Position numbers and translations under genes: made by a program. The notes below the pieces were generated by a model. It did not search any database. It saw nothing but the letters and a program-made list of their open reading frames with translations, and was not told where the DNA came from. DNA of 64,000 nt from Deltaproteobacteria bacterium (GTDB taxonomy: Bacteria > Lernaellota > Lernaellaia > JACKCT01), in assembly GCA_020633895.1 (NCBI GenBank), contig JACKCT010000011.1:3607-67606 (forward strand). Reading direction: 5' to 3'. Shown here piece by piece: positions 1-9,746 of the stretch. Every line of letters starts with the position of its first letter. Within the stretch, counting starts at the first letter, position 1.

Positions 1-2
1 AT

Positions 3-926
3 ATGTCGGCCAGCAAGCACGAGCTGGAACAGATCCACGAGGAAAACATCGACGTGGGAACGCTGCTCACGCCGGTGCGGGCCGTGGTGGACGACAAGGG
101 CAAGATGAAGGGCGTCATCGTGCGCCGCAACCTGCTCGACCCCAATTCCAAGCCGGGCGAGAAGCCGCGCATCATCCCTGTCGAGGGCAGTGAGTACGAG
201 GTTCCGTGCCGGACGCTGATCTACGCCATCGGCCAGGACAAGATGCTTGAAGTCTTGCCCGAAGGCGTCGAGATCACCGGCAAGCACACGACCAGCAACG
301 CGCGCCTTTACGTCGCCGGCGACTTCGCCTACGGCAGCCAGGACGTCATCACGGCGGTGGCCCACGGCAAGGAAGTCGCCGAAGTCATTGACCAGGACCT
401 GATGAGCGAGAAGCGCCGCGCCCGGGACGTGTACATCAAGCTGGCCAAGGACCAGGCGCTGGGCACCGCGCGCGTGCGGGACATGGACCTGGTCTTCCCG
501 CCCCGCATGGCCACGACGCCGATCTTCGACCGCTTCAATAATGATGAGGTGGACCTGGGCTTTACCGACGAGCAGACGCAGGTCCACGCCGACCGCTGCT
601 ATCTGTGCGACTACAAATACGAGATCAACCAGGACAAATGCATCCACTGCGACTGGTGCATCAAGGTCATGCCCCGCAACTGCATCCACCACGTGTCGTT
701 CATCTTCCACAAGGAAGACGGCATGGTGAAAGACTACGTGGATACGGTGAAGCCCAAGGACGCGACCTACATCTACATCGACTCCGACGAATGCATCCGC
801 TGCGGCAAGTGCCTGCGCGTCTGCCCCACCAAGGCGATCAACCTACGCCGTACGCGGTTGGACGAATATACGCCGGTGGAGTTCGTCTCCTCCAAACCGG
901 CCGCCGCCCAGCCGACCAAGGACTGA
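3..926 (+). CDS. C-terminal part of an FAD/NAD(P)-binding pyridine-nucleotide oxidoreductase (GltD-like) with a C-terminal 2x[4Fe-4S] ferredoxin domain; 5' end lies outside the window
   Basis: ORF open to the window edge. YVAGDFAYGSQDVITAVAHG looks like the C-terminal FAD-binding motif. Two CxxCxxCxxxCP motifs: CIHCDWCIKVMPRNC and CIRCGKCLRVCP. Confidence 0.55.
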   Translation: MSASKHELEQIHEENIDVGTLLTPVRAVVDDKGKMKGVIVRRNLLDPNSKPGEKPRIIPVEGSEYEVPCRTLIYAIGQDKMLEVLPEGVEITGKHTTSNARLYVAGDFAYGSQDVITAVAHGKEVAEVIDQDLMSEKRRARDVYIKLAKDQALGTARVRDMDLVFPPRMATTPIFDRFNNDEVDLGFTDEQTQVHADRCYLCDYKYEINQDKCIHCDWCIKVMPRNCIHHVSFIFHKEDGMVKDYVDTVKPKDATYIYIDSDECIRCGKCLRVCPTKAINLRRTRLDEYTPVEFVSSKPAAAQPTKD

Positions 927-994
927 CCGCTCTCACAACTCGCGATACGACGACGGCGGCCCGCAGGGCCGCCGTTGCTATGTTGAGAGCTCGT

Positions 995-3382
995 CTATGG
1001 AATCGGAGCTTGGGCTTCCAAGTGCACGGCTCCTGCTTGAAAGTTATAGGCGATATGATGATGTCCTTGGCTGTCGATCGCGGCACTGGGAGGAGTGATA
1101 CCGTCGGAAATTTCCACATCGGCGAATTTCCACGTATCATCCGCCTCAAGCCGGGCATATCTTAGTTTTCGAAGGCTCCAGTTGGGATTTTCCGCAAAGT
1201 AGATACAGGGGCGCTCTTGATCGTCCAGGAACATCGAAAGGGCGCCGGCGCGGCCCCCGTTTCCTGGAACGGCGTAATTTACCCATTCGCCGGAACGATT
1301 GGTCGCGAACCGAAGATCATTTAAATCTTTAACATAACCGATGTAAACGTTGCCCGAAGAATCGACGGCCAACGAAGCGTGGGTTGGAGAAAAATCATCA
1401 TCGATGACTTTAAAAACCCAGTCGCCCCCAGCAGTTCTTTCGGCGTAACTGAGATTAAAAGTCCCGTAGAGAATTCGGATCGTCGATTCTTCATCAATGT
1501 CGATATCGCGAATACTCGTCCAATTAGGACCGACTGTTTCGACGCTCCATAAGCCGTTTTCTTTGAAGGCCAGTTTTCCGTTTCCATCCACGACTAAGAG
1601 GAGATATGGATTGCCTTCTGGACTAAAATCAAAAAATCCGATTCGACCGACATATTCTTCAAATTCCAGAGGAACGGTCTCGAAGTTCCATTCCCCATTT
1701 TGGCGTGAGCCGAAGTGGATAACCGCGTCATCTCCATCCTCGATATATAAAAGGTGAGCGATACCGGTGGGGTCGTACCGGAGCGCGTTTTCCGACAAAA
1801 TTAAATTCGACCCAGCGGCGATTTGGATAATCGATGGGATCCCATTCTCCACCACCGCTTCGCGAATTCCTTCATAATAATGATGGTAGACGATATGGGC
1901 TCGATCCTCGGGGTCTAGGGCCAGTGAGACGTTCCCAACCCCCTGGGGCTCATCCCAAGCCTCGATGTCCCATCCCGACTCCGAGGATTCGACATGGATC
2001 GGCGGCCCGGATGTCACCGTCCCAATATGCACGTTATCGTTGCCATCGATAGCGACGTCATACGCCAAAGGGAAATAGTCTGAAAGAAGAAAGGCATCGT
2101 CCAAGCTCCAGCCACCCGAGGCGCCAGAGGCATAACGGAACGTCTTAGGTAATCCAAAGTTTTTTTCATAAATCAGATGAGGATATCCCTCGCTGTCCAA
2201 GTCCAGTGCGGGCCAGTTGGAACCGTCCTCATCGACGACGGTTCCCGTCCAATTTTCTTTAGGCTTCTTTGACCAATATTCGATGCCGCCGCCGCCGATG
2301 TCGCCCACATGGACTTGGCCGTCGGCATCGATCTTTATTTCCGCACAATAGGTGTTTGTCCGCTCCCACTCGGTTTCCCATGCCCCGGATTCATTGGTCA
2401 GCAGATAAGTTTTAAAGAAAAAGCCGTTCGAGAGAATGCTGCTGGTGGTGATCCAGACATCACCATCGGGGCTCAACGCGATATCGTCACAGACACCCGC
2501 GTCATATTCCCGGAATTCGTCGTATTCCATATCCCAGGCGACTTCCGTCTCCCAGGAGCCGGATCGATTTGTGGTATAGAGCAATTGAAGCGTCGATTCG
2601 TTGCGATAAACAATGTGAGCGAATCCATCGTCGTCCACCACCAAGCCGGGCATGGCCCCGCCGTTATCGCGATCGAAGACGTTCACTTTCGACAACGACG
2701 GGGGGCCGTCGGCGCCGTCGTCCACCACTTCAATGTTCCATGCGCCACCGCTGTCATCGGCGTACATCAGATCGTGCGTCCAAAGATTCTGCCACACGAC
2801 GTGACGCACATCGTTCTGATCGACGACCAGCTTGGGTTGGTCGCCCATATAGTCGATGACGTCCTCGACCCACCCGGTTTTGGTGTAACTTTTCGGATAT
2901 TCCAGCGGGGTTGGTTCGTCAGGCGGCGGGGTATACACGACGATCTCCCGGCCTTTCGCCCCCAGGATGTTCGGCATGTTCTGTGAATCGACGTCGATGG
3001 CTATGCCGTAAAGCCCCGCCGCGCCGCCGTCGATCTGCGTAACGCATCCACCCTTGGAGGCTCCGTCGGGAATGGTATAGCCGCGGGGACAGGGAGCGTA
3101 GTAGGTCGTATCGTCATCGTCCGCCGTGTCGTCGTCATCATCGTCGCCGGTGTCGTCGTCATTGGCAGAATCGTCGTCGTCGAGGGTATCGTCATCTCCC
3201 GCATCGTCGTCGGAAGTATCGTCGTCAACAGCGTCATCATCCGACGACGATACGTTCGACGAATCGTCGTCACCGCCGCCGCCGCCGCCGCCGCCGCCGC
3301 ACGCGATGAAGCTCAGCACTCCCGTTGAAAAAATCGAGAGCATCAACAAGACCAGAGCTGTTCGAAAAATTGCCGATTTCAT
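995..3382 (-). CDS. Lipoprotein with Gly9 + poly-Asp tether and repeated beta-propeller-like TNxSGxW units
   Basis: Start corrected to the internal ATG (MKSAIFRTALVLL...SFIAC), since the signal peptide begins there. Lipobox Cys, then GGGGGGGGG, then (DDDx)n over about 60 aa. Repeats of about 50 aa of the type HIVY..L.YTTNRSGSWETE. Confidence 0.6.
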   Translation of the reverse strand: MKSAIFRTALVLLMLSIFSTGVLSFIACGGGGGGGGGDDDSSNVSSSDDDAVDDDTSDDDAGDDDTLDDDDSANDDDTGDDDDDDTADDDDTTYYAPCPRGYTIPDGASKGGCVTQIDGGAAGLYGIAIDVDSQNMPNILGAKGREIVVYTPPPDEPTPLEYPKSYTKTGWVEDVIDYMGDQPKLVVDQNDVRHVVWQNLWTHDLMYADDSGGAWNIEVVDDGADGPPSLSKVNVFDRDNGGAMPGLVVDDDGFAHIVYRNESTLQLLYTTNRSGSWETEVAWDMEYDEFREYDAGVCDDIALSPDGDVWITTSSILSNGFFFKTYLLTNESGAWETEWERTNTYCAEIKIDADGQVHVGDIGGGGIEYWSKKPKENWTGTVVDEDGSNWPALDLDSEGYPHLIYEKNFGLPKTFRYASGASGGWSLDDAFLLSDYFPLAYDVAIDGNDNVHIGTVTSGPPIHVESSESGWDIEAWDEPQGVGNVSLALDPEDRAHIVYHHYYEGIREAVVENGIPSIIQIAAGSNLILSENALRYDPTGIAHLLYIEDGDDAVIHFGSRQNGEWNFETVPLEFEEYVGRIGFFDFSPEGNPYLLLVVDGNGKLAFKENGLWSVETVGPNWTSIRDIDIDEESTIRILYGTFNLSYAERTAGGDWVFKVIDDDFSPTHASLAVDSSGNVYIGYVKDLNDLRFATNRSGEWVNYAVPGNGGRAGALSMFLDDQERPCIYFAENPNWSLRKLRYARLEADDTWKFADVEISDGITPPSAAIDSQGHHHIAYNFQAGAVHLEAQAPIP

Positions 3383-3585
3383 TTTGGTGATCCAAAGATA
3401 GTATTCTTTCCGGTGACCGATTATCGCACAACGCCACTTGCCGTGGGAAAAGGAAATCGACGGGGCATCGCGAATTTTCCTTCCTCTTGCGCCCGCCGCG
3501 CCAATCGCCCAAACTGCTTGTGTCTTCACGATCTTCGCCGTGAACGATGATTCAATCTCCCGGAAAACACCGACAGGACGCGCGC

Positions 3586-4539
3586 ATGCCCCACAGCTCC
3601 CGCAAGCGGGTCATCCTCACCGGCGCCTCGGGCGTCGTGGGCCGCCATCTGGTCGACGCGGTTTTGCGTCGCGGGTGGGAGGTCTCGGTGCTGACCGTCA
3701 GCGGCGCGAACGTGCTGCCTTCCGGCGTGCGCAAAATCAAATGGGATCCCAAGGCGGCCGCCGGCGGCGACTCGAAGGCGCTGGACACCATCGCCCGGGC
3801 CCTGGACGGCACCGACTGGCTGGTGAACCTCGCCGGGGAAACCCTGGGCAGCGGGCGGCTGGACGGCAAGCACAAAAAGCGCGTGATGCAGTCGCGCCTC
3901 GACGCGGGCAACGCGCTGCATTCGGCGCGGCTGGCGTGCTCGAATCCGCCCATGGTCTGGACGCAGGCCTCGGCCACCGGCTTTTACGGCGACACGGGCG
4001 AGGCGGATGTCTATGAAACGGCCCCGGCGGGAAAGCACTTCTTCCTGGCCGATGTGTGCAAGGCGTGGGAAGGCGCCGCGACGCAGGCCCTGGACGCCCC
4101 CAAGGCGCCGCGCGTGATCATCGCCCGGCTGGGGTTGGTGCTCGCCAAGGACGCCCCGGCGTGGGAAAAGATGTTGCTGCCCATCAAGATCGGCGCGGGC
4201 GGTCCGTTGGGTTCGGGCAAGCAATGGTACGCGTGGATCGACGCCGACGAGGCGGCCGAGGCGATGATCTACCTGTTCGAGAAAAGCGACGCGAGCGGCG
4301 TGTATAACTTCACCACGCCCGAGCCGATCCGCCAGATTGACATGACCAAACAAACCGCCGACGCCATCGGTCGGCCGTCGTACTTCCCGGCCCCGGCCTT
4401 CGCGCTGCGCCTGGCGGTGGGAGGCGTCGCCGACGCGCTGCTGCTGCCGTCCTGCCGCGCCCTCCCCGACCGCCTCGCCAAGGCGGGCTATCCCTTCAAG
4501 ACGACGGACTTCGAGGACGAGCTGCCGAAGCTGGTTTAG
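3586..4539 (+). CDS. TIGR01777/YfcH-like NAD-dependent epimerase family protein
   Basis: ILTGASGVVGRHL Rossmann motif at the N-terminus. Overall YfcH-like layout with a C-terminal DUF1731-like region. Second Met chosen as the start. Confidence 0.65.
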   Translation: MPHSSRKRVILTGASGVVGRHLVDAVLRRGWEVSVLTVSGANVLPSGVRKIKWDPKAAAGGDSKALDTIARALDGTDWLVNLAGETLGSGRLDGKHKKRVMQSRLDAGNALHSARLACSNPPMVWTQASATGFYGDTGEADVYETAPAGKHFFLADVCKAWEGAATQALDAPKAPRVIIARLGLVLAKDAPAWEKMLLPIKIGAGGPLGSGKQWYAWIDADEAAEAMIYLFEKSDASGVYNFTTPEPIRQIDMTKQTADAIGRPSYFPAPAFALRLAVGGVADALLLPSCRALPDRLAKAGYPFKTTDFEDELPKLV

Positions 4540-4556
4540 GTGGGCGCCATGCCCGT

Positions 4557-4789
4557 CCGAGCCGCGAGCCGTAGCGAGCGGGTGACGCGCACGTTGTCGG
4601 TAGCGAGCATGTCCTATCAGAGCCGCGACCGTCAGGGAGCGGGTTATTTCGACCCTGTATCCAAGGCACGGGAAGACGACGCTCCATGGCGGTTTGTGAC
4701 CAACCGCTCACTACGGTTCGCGGCTCTGTTTTGGCGGAATCGCATCAATCAACGAACGCTTCACCCGCTCGCTACGGCTCGCGGCTCGG
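4557..4789. repeat. MITE-like palindromic element with perfect 29-bp terminal inverted repeats
   Basis: TCCGAGCCGCGAGCCGTAGCGAGCGGGTGA at 4557-4585 is the exact reverse complement of 4761-4789. A nested imperfect inverted repeat CAGAGCCGCGACCGTCAGGGAGCGGGTT (4608-4635) / AACCGCTCACTACGGTTCGCGGCTCTG (4701-4727) sits inside. Located between convergent genes. Confidence 0.7.
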
Positions 4790-4817
4790 ACATCACATGC
4801 CCGCCGTGGTGCGTTCC

Positions 4818-6233
4818 TCAATAAAAATTGATCTTCGAATACCCATCCACAATCGCCTCGCCGAACGTCGGGCTGATGCACAGCATTTTTTCGTACGAGT
4901 AGCGCGGGTCGTCGTATTGCTCGGGCGTGATGATATAGCCGGTGTATTCCTGCGCGAGGCCGACGATGATCTGGGCGTCGCCGCCGAGGATGTCTCGGAT
5001 TTGGTTGCCGAAGACCGGCGTGATCTCCCCCGGCACCGTGCCCAGGCGGATCGGGCCGAGCGTCGCGGCGGTGAACGGCGCCGTGAACGAATCGCCCACC
5101 TTGGGCACCGGCAGGTCCAGGATGCCCACGTGGGATCCGAATCGATACAGCGAGTTGGTCATCGTCGCCGTCGCATGCCCGCTATGCACCCGTAGCGTCG
5201 CGTCGGGGGAAATCGGCGTCGTGTGATCCATCAGACCGATGACCTGATCGGCCAGCGCCGCGCCCATCGCGTCGGCGAACGCCAGCGGTCCCGCGTCGTA
5301 TCCGGGATTGCCTTCCCACTTGTGGTTCGGCTGGATGGACGCTCCGATGGCTCCGTTGACGAACATCGCCAGCCCCGGCGCCCGGCGGCGCATGGCCTTG
5401 TAAAATCCCCCGACCCAGTCGGCGGAAATGCGGTGGTTGCGCTGTCGTCCCGTCGTGGGATGGCAACCCCAGTTCGTCAGCGTCGCAATCACCTGGCCGT
5501 TTTTGTCCTCGATCTTGAGCAGCGTCAGTGTATCGTCCACAACCGCGTCCGGATCGACGTCCTCCTTTTCATTGCGATGCAGTTCGGACTGCGTCGCGAC
5601 GGTGTAGGACAGGCGGGCCGGCAGACGCGCGTTGAAAGCCTGAACCCCCGCCGCTGCCATCCGCGCCCGCATGAACGGAATGTACTCCCCGTTGCGTCCG
5701 GTGGTCGGCGGGATGATGCTGCCCCAAAGGCCGATGGTGTCCGGGCCGTGGTGCGTGTGGCTGGAGGCGATGACGATGTTTTGATAGGGCACGGGCACAC
5801 GCTCGGCGACGGCCTTGCGGATGAGGTTGATGTCGCTGCTGGTCAGGCCCACCAGGTCGGCGTGGATAAGCAGCAGGCGCTCGGGCCCGGTGCCCAGATA
5901 GAGGGCGGTGGCGTAGAGCGGATCATGCACACCCACCGACCAGCGGCAGGAGTTGTAGTCCAGGAAGCACACGCCGTAGCCGCCCATGATGACCGGCGCG
6001 CGGGGCGTGATCTCCAGCCGTGCCGCTCCGGCAACCTGCACGTTGGAATAGGTGAACTGGTCGTCGGCAAGGGTCGGCGCCTTGTCGGGTTTGGCGGGCA
6101 GGGACGTGGACGATTCGTCCAGGGAATAGGCGCCGGGAGCCGGCTCGGGGTGCTGGGCCGCGCAACCAAAGGACAACAAGACGACGAAAACCGCGATCCC
6201 CAGGCGCCAACGTCGCGCGAGCGAAAGTCGCAT
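4818..6233 (-). CDS. Neutral/alkaline ceramidase-like hydrolase, lipoprotein
   Basis: SSHTHHGPDT resembles the Zn-binding HTHSGP motif of neutral ceramidases. QEYTGYIITPEQYD resembles the ceramidase GY-rich motif. Start moved to MRLSLARRWRLGIAVFVVLLSFGC (lipobox). Confidence 0.5.
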   Translation of the reverse strand: MRLSLARRWRLGIAVFVVLLSFGCAAQHPEPAPGAYSLDESSTSLPAKPDKAPTLADDQFTYSNVQVAGAARLEITPRAPVIMGGYGVCFLDYNSCRWSVGVHDPLYATALYLGTGPERLLLIHADLVGLTSSDINLIRKAVAERVPVPYQNIVIASSHTHHGPDTIGLWGSIIPPTTGRNGEYIPFMRARMAAAGVQAFNARLPARLSYTVATQSELHRNEKEDVDPDAVVDDTLTLLKIEDKNGQVIATLTNWGCHPTTGRQRNHRISADWVGGFYKAMRRRAPGLAMFVNGAIGASIQPNHKWEGNPGYDAGPLAFADAMGAALADQVIGLMDHTTPISPDATLRVHSGHATATMTNSLYRFGSHVGILDLPVPKVGDSFTAPFTAATLGPIRLGTVPGEITPVFGNQIRDILGGDAQIIVGLAQEYTGYIITPEQYDDPRYSYEKMLCISPTFGEAIVDGYSKINFY

Positions 6234-6337
6234 CAACTTTTCTCCCCGATTCAAAGATATCGCGATGAATTTGTTCCGCCAATGTAGCACAGGCGGGCGC
6301 ACGGGCAATGGGGGGCGAACCAATGGGGTCAAACGAA

Positions 6338-6625
6338 CTATGAGATCCCGACAAGTTCCGCGAGGATTTCTTTCTTCATGCGCGGTTTCAGCATTCGCAT
6401 TGTCGCTAAGTCGACGTTACGGCTTAATAAACCTTCCAAATCGAACTTGAGGCCCATATAGCCGTCAAACGTAGCGCGTCCTTCGAATTCCACCAGCATA
6501 TCCACGTCGCTGTCCGGGCGTTCCTCGCCCCGGGCGACCGAGCCGAAGACGGCCAGTCGGCGCACGCCGTATTTCTTCGTCAATTCCGGAGCGTGTTCCT
6601 TGAGCGTTTCGATGATGGTCGACAT
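6338..6625 (-). CDS. MNT-type minimal nucleotidyltransferase (antitoxin-like), orphan
   Basis: GSVARGEERPDSDVDMLVEF is the GS...DxD nucleotidyltransferase motif (PF01909-like). Start set at MSTIIETL. No HEPN/HepT partner fits in the flanks. Confidence 0.6.
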   Translation of the reverse strand: MSTIIETLKEHAPELTKKYGVRRLAVFGSVARGEERPDSDVDMLVEFEGRATFDGYMGLKFDLEGLLSRNVDLATMRMLKPRMKKEILAELVGIS

Positions 6626-6744
6626 GATTCGACGCCACTCCTCGCGACGCATTATACGCAAAAACCGTCCATGAAGGGGCAACGGGATTTTCGTGGACGC
6701 TCGGCCCTCCCGGCGGCCGCCGCTTTGGGCTAAGCTGGCGCACT

Positions 6745-7794
6745 GTGACGACAAACCGCGCCAAGAAAATCGCGTTCGCCGCGTTGGCGGTGGCGGCGGC
6801 CCTCGTCGGCGCGGAGCTGATCCTGCGCGCCGTGACGCCCCCGATCGACCAAAATTACAGCCTCAAAGTTTATGACGGTTTCCTCGAAGGCCACACCGGC
6901 CACCAAGCCGACCACGATCTGTTCTGGCGCCTGACGCCGGGCTTTCGCGGCGTCTGGGACAGCACCGAAATCCGCGTCAACCAACTCGGCCTGCGCGGCG
7001 AGGACTTCCCCGCCTATCGGGTCTCCGGCGAGTTTCGCCTCCTCTCCCTGGGCGAGTCGGGCACCTTCGGCGTCCGCACCCCCGAGGAACAAACCTACAA
7101 CGCCCAACTCGAAGCGCTGCTCAACGCCCGAGGCGACGGCGTGCGCTACCGCGTCATGAACGCGGGCGTGGCGTCGTACACATCGTTTCAAGGCCGCAAA
7201 TATTTCGAGATGGAGGGACGCAAGCTCGAGCCGAACGTGGTGCTCGTCTACTTCGGCCAGAACGACAATCTGCCCACCTACTTCGAGGATAAGCTGACAA
7301 TCACCAACGCCTTCGGCCTGCCCACCTACGGCCGGGGCATGACCGACGCGGAGATCTGGCGGGCGCGGCACCGGGCCGGGGATGTGCGTCGCGGGTTAAT
7401 GAAATCGGCGCTGTATCGCAATTGGGCGGCGTTTGTGCTGTGGATCGAACACGGCGTGCGCGGACGCCCCGTCGAGCCCACGCCCCGCGTTCCGCCGGAG
7501 GATCGGCGCGAGAATTACCAGGCCATCGACCGCTTGGCGAAAGGCATCGGCGCGCGCGTGCTCTACTTGATCACGCCCTATTTCGACCAGCCCGTCCCAC
7601 TGCCCGATGGATTCGGTCCCGGCTCGACGCACCACGTCTGCGACCTTTGGACCGGCATCCGCCGTGAGGGCCAGGACTATCGCGAGCTGTTCTCGGACGA
7701 TGTGCATCCCACGTCGCTCGGCCATCGTCTGATCGCCGAGACCATCGCCGAATGCCTGGCCGATCAGGGGCTGCTGCCGACAACCCGCGAATAG
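6745..7794 (+). CDS. SGNH/GDSL family hydrolase
   Basis: LSLGESGTFG is a GDS(L) block I with the catalytic Ser. DDVHPTSLGH is the DxxH block V. N-terminal TM/signal anchor. Confidence 0.7.
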   Translation: MTTNRAKKIAFAALAVAAALVGAELILRAVTPPIDQNYSLKVYDGFLEGHTGHQADHDLFWRLTPGFRGVWDSTEIRVNQLGLRGEDFPAYRVSGEFRLLSLGESGTFGVRTPEEQTYNAQLEALLNARGDGVRYRVMNAGVASYTSFQGRKYFEMEGRKLEPNVVLVYFGQNDNLPTYFEDKLTITNAFGLPTYGRGMTDAEIWRARHRAGDVRRGLMKSALYRNWAAFVLWIEHGVRGRPVEPTPRVPPEDRRENYQAIDRLAKGIGARVLYLITPYFDQPVPLPDGFGPGSTHHVCDLWTGIRREGQDYRELFSDDVHPTSLGHRLIAETIAECLADQGLLPTTRE

Positions 7795-9467
7795 AGATAC
7801 GTCGCCTCCGGCCCCAGGTCGAAGGAATAACGGCGCACGAACGCGGGGTAAGTGAACGCTTTGTCCTCGGCGAATCGGCGCGACAGAGGGCGTTTGGCGA
7901 GGGCGGCTTCGTAGGCGTCGCGCGTCGCCTCGTCCATGGCGATGTAGTCCGTGTCGGCGTCGTTCAGGTCCGCCGCGAATCCGTGCATCACGCGTGTGTC
8001 GTCGATATCAGGCGGTACGGGGATCTCCCGCCCTTCCAAATACCCCACGGACACCGGCGCATCGTCGGGGGCCAACGTGCGGACAAAGGCGTTGAGACGT
8101 TCGCGCGGGTCCGTCTCGAAGGCGACGATCAAAGCCGCCGTCCGCGCCGCCATCGACAGCACCACTAGCGCCGCCAACACGCGCCCGGCCAAACGCCAAC
8201 GTCGCGGGGATTCCAGCGCCAACCAACGCACCCCCACCGCCAACACCGGCAACAGCAGAAGCGTGGGCAGCACCAGGTCGTATCGCTCGATGCGCCGCCA
8301 GAAAAACGGAAACCAACTCACATAGGTCAGCAGATACGCCCCCGCCGCCGCCGCGAACGCCCCCGCGAATTTCAACGACGGATCGGCGCGACGAGGCGCG
8401 GCCGGGTCGCGAAACCATCGCCGCCGGATCGATGCGACGAAAACGCCGAGAATGATCAGAGCCGGCAACCCACCCAGGTTGTCGCGGATTTGGTCCAACC
8501 CGGCCGCCAGATTGGTCGCCACGCCGACCGCGATCTCCCCCGGTCCCAGGCGTCGGTTCTGCATGGCCAGCTCGCTCTGGTACTTGGGATTGATGTTCTC
8601 CGCGTGCAGGTAGTGATCGATGTGAGAGCGATTGAAGGGCCGGTCGATGCTTAAGGTCCCCGCGATCGTGACGATAAACGCCGCCGCCCCCACCCCAACG
8701 CACGCCCACCAACGCCGCCTCCATCGCGACGTGCGCCAGGTCATCGAAAGGCCCGCGCGCGCCGGAACCGCGATCGCCACCAACGCGGGCGCCAGACCCA
8801 AATGGTTTTCCTTCACCGCCGCCGCCACGCCGCCGCATGCCGCCAAAAGCGCGATGTCCGCCATTCGTTCGGTGAACAGGTAGCGGCAGAAGAACGTCGC
8901 CGCCAGCAGACTCCAAATGAGCGTCAACGGGATGATCGACTCGGTGTGATTCCAGAAAACGTACGTCGCGTCGACGGCGATGAACGCCAACGCAATCAGC
9001 ACGACTCCCGGCGGAATGTGCCGACGAAGCAAAAGCCCCATCAGGCCGACGGCCAGCGCGCCCAGAACGGCGTTGGTCCAGCGGATCGCGGGGAAAAGGC
9101 GGGCGTTGGTATGCCAGTAACGGTTGGGATTGTCCGCGTCGGACGGGGATTGCGACGGCACGCCGAAGCGGGCGATCAACGCGGCGGCCGGGCGGTAATG
9201 CAAAAACCCGACGGCCGAATACTCGCGCGGACCCTCCATCCCGTCCGTGTTCAAAAATGTCGCGAGCTGCGTGGAGAAGGGAAGGTAGCCCTCGTAATCG
9301 GGCGCTCCCAGGTCGTTGCCCCAAACATTGGCCACGAACGACGCCAGCACCAGCAACGCCAGCATGCAAAAATGCCGTGGCCGCCAAGGGCCGGATACGT
9401 CGCCGACGTGGGGTGCGTCGGGCCGATTATCGGAGTCGCGATTTTCCAAATCGCCCGAGTTTACCAA
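7764..9467 (-). CDS. Polytopic membrane protein, putative GT-C fold glycosyltransferase (PMT/ArnT-like)
   Basis: More than 10 predicted TM helices with large periplasmic loops and a C-terminal soluble domain. Overlaps the 3' end of the GDSL gene by about 30 bp (convergent). Start may instead be Met35 at 9365. Confidence 0.4.
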   Translation of the reverse strand: MVNSGDLENRDSDNRPDAPHVGDVSGPWRPRHFCMLALLVLASFVANVWGNDLGAPDYEGYLPFSTQLATFLNTDGMEGPREYSAVGFLHYRPAAALIARFGVPSQSPSDADNPNRYWHTNARLFPAIRWTNAVLGALAVGLMGLLLRRHIPPGVVLIALAFIAVDATYVFWNHTESIIPLTLIWSLLAATFFCRYLFTERMADIALLAACGGVAAAVKENHLGLAPALVAIAVPARAGLSMTWRTSRWRRRWWACVGVGAAAFIVTIAGTLSIDRPFNRSHIDHYLHAENINPKYQSELAMQNRRLGPGEIAVGVATNLAAGLDQIRDNLGGLPALIILGVFVASIRRRWFRDPAAPRRADPSLKFAGAFAAAAGAYLLTYVSWFPFFWRRIERYDLVLPTLLLLPVLAVGVRWLALESPRRWRLAGRVLAALVVLSMAARTAALIVAFETDPRERLNAFVRTLAPDDAPVSVGYLEGREIPVPPDIDDTRVMHGFAADLNDADTDYIAMDEATRDAYEAALAKRPLSRRFAEDKAFTYPAFVRRYSFDLGPEATYLYSRVVGSSP

Positions 9468-9746
9468 ACGCGCCGCCTCGGCGGAACGCGCCCCATGAGC
9501 CCGCTTCGCCGGTTCCGTTCGCGGTCGAAAACCAGTGAACGGCGGTCAAACCCGACCTGGATCAAATGACCTTTGGTCAAGCAGAAAAATCTGAATCGTC
9601 ATTCAATTAAGGGGTTGGAATTGTGCCGACCCCTACAGTATTATGGCGTCGATGTCGGTAAATCCCTGATTCGTCAGATCGGGGACTCTCCGATGAATGA
9701 CTAAGGGTCAGCGAGGAAACCGCGCCTCGCTTGTAATAGATCGGGG

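Noticed and set aside
3126-3401. Ser-rich and Arg/Pro-rich ORFs (e.g. 3126-3401, 13182-13742, 25796-26356, 43238-43570, 47278-47751) on the strand opposite the poly-Asp tracts
   Set aside because: These are shadow frames of the (GAC/GAT)n arrays (GTC/ATC read as Ser-Ser or Val). The opposite-strand genes have signal peptides, catalytic motifs and RBSs.
7764-7794. The 30-bp overlap between the convergent GDSL hydrolase and the GT-C membrane protein as evidence that one of them is spurious
   Set aside because: Both have strong independent evidence (GDSL blocks I and V; more than 10 TM helices). Short convergent 3' overlaps are common in compact high-GC genomes.
8008-9387. Long antisense or alternate-frame ORFs inside real genes (8008-9387, 9789-11483, 13037-15853, 24040-25887, 33326-35164, 36165-38444, 45238-46836, 47309-49093, 56643-58928, 51281-52453)
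   Set aside because: These are typical high-GC stop-codon-poor shadow ORFs. Their translations are Arg/Gly/Ala/Pro-rich with no motifs, while the overlapping frame carries clear domain signatures.
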